From assembly GCA_032718475.1 (NCBI GenBank), contig JAUCBJ010006248.1, positions 8,759 through 72,758 of the forward strand: a DNA stretch of 64,000 nt, in the 5' to 3' direction. Position 1 is the stretch's first letter; each line of letters starts with the position of its first letter. The position numbers and the translations under genes are program-made. This DNA is from Nemertoderma westbladi. Lineage: Eukaryota; Animalia; Xenacoelomorpha. The notes under the pieces are model-generated. The model ran no database searches. It was not told the origin of the DNA and saw nothing but the letters and a program-made list of their open reading frames with translations. Positions 62,445 through 64,000 of the stretch are shown piece after piece.

Positions 62445-62697
62445 GGGTCCACCTTGGTGTAGTGGTTGCGTTGTATTCACATCTCCCGAAGGTCGTGTGT
62501 TCCTTCCTCACATGGGCCAGGGCAGTTTTCGTGTCGGCACGAATGCTTTAAAGGGACCAGCCCCAGCCAGGGCGCATCTCTGCCTTGCATCCTAGAGTTT
62601 CCTCTGGGGAGTAAAGTTCTGGGGGGACCGCACTGGAAATAAGTCGTCAGACTTTGCGCGTAATCCCTGGCCTAGCTGCCGTAGAAAATTTACTTTT
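62445..62697 (+). mobile_element. tRNA-derived SINE family 2
   Basis: Matches 21446-21722. Confidence 0.8.
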
Positions 62698-64000
62698 TAG
62701 TGTATGCGCGGCGTACACCAAAACGAACTCAATATCCAATATTAGTTTACGTAGTTAAGCGGCTCTCTAGTTACGTAATAAATATTCGCAAACACTAAAT
62801 AATTTTAACATGGAGTAAGGCAGCATCAGGAGTTGAAGAGTACAATAATTTGAATCGCAATAATTATGGAAGCAATATAGTAAAATACTACAGTTCAATT
62901 TATTTTGTAACACTACTGTACAGTAGTATATTGCTATGTTTTATTAAGTTAGCAACAAAAAAGTACCAATTTAAGAATAAAATTACGTATTACATGGGTA
63001 AAAAGACGACGTAGAACATTTTTTTTTCAATATTCTCTCGATCCTTTATTAACCTCGCTGACGCTCGGTAAATAAAATGCCTCGAGAATAATGGTCACAT
63101 AAGCGGCATTACTATGGTATGTATAAGCAAAAATTTACAATTTTTTCGATTGATTTTAATAATTGTTTCCGTGCATGTAACTATATCATAAAAAGTCAAA
63201 AACAGAAGACAGAATGAGTGATTTCAACGGACAAGAAAAATTATTGTTCTAAATTTTATGGTGTAGCTAGTGTTTTAGGTAGGTTTAGATAGTAATTTCA
63301 ACACTGGTTCCGACATCCCACTTCCTTCTATAAATATTTTATAGTAGCTAGTTCTTATTTCTATTTGTATAGAAAATGTTGCAGAACATGTCAACTATTC
63401 TTTTTTAAAAATATTATGTTCTGGAACCAATATTTTTTCTTCTAGAACATTTTTTAGAAAAAATTTGGATTCTATTTAAAAGGTCTCTTTCTAGGGTCTC
63501 ATTCTATTTAAAAATTATATTTAAATCGTTTTACAACGTGTATAAAAATGAAAGGCACTACTACATACTACAGTATGTGTACTAGAAAGCCATTTCCTTA
63601 AGGAAATGCAACCACGAAGATAAGGAAAATTAAACACACTTGACTCATCATTTCATTGGTTTACCTAGTTAAAAGTCATATGTCTTAATTAAGCTCCCAT
63701 TACCATGGCAACTGGAGTTTTCTAGAACTGCTCGGTTTTACATTAAGATCAAGTTTGTGGTTCCAGGTGAAACAAATTGACTTCAAGAAAGTTTCATTGA
63801 GTACAGTAGTTGATGTCCAAAATTAAAGATGTATTTTTGTTAAAACATCAGTTTGCAGTGGTTGTCTTGGAAACTGATAAATATAACAACATTAATTTGA
63901 TGCAGAATAAGTGATATAGTGGGGGTAGGGGTTGGTCCCAAGTCGTAATATCTTAATGTTATGGTTTAAATAATCATTTTATAAATTTGAACATCTGTTT

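Overview
AT-rich animal (probably marine invertebrate) genomic DNA, not prokaryotic. It holds two tandem paralogues, both on the + strand, of a spliced gene for a secreted Cys-rich protein: signal peptide, CAP/SCP domain, Cys-rich linker, LDLa-like module and 4 ShKT domains. Copy 1 is the 3' part only (8 exons, 680-13659). Copy 2 is the 5' part only (6 exons, 20695-60755). Intron 3 of copy 2 (22876-53534) contains a three-level antisense nest of LTR retrotransposons. Element A is a BEL/Pao (23145-50911, GTATG TSD) with a triplicated RNaseH-integrase block and an accessory ORF. Element B is a gag-protease-only BEL/Pao sitting in A's 3' LTR. Element C is a Gypsy integrase/LTR fragment sitting in B's 5' LTR. 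Most notable: neither BEL element has a tRNA primer-binding site. In each, the 9-10 nt next to the 5' LTR are exactly complementary to a sequence in its own LTR, which suggests Tf1-like self-primed reverse transcription. The rest is LINE, SINE, hAT and MITE remnants and minisatellites. All calls come from manual reading; no database search was run.
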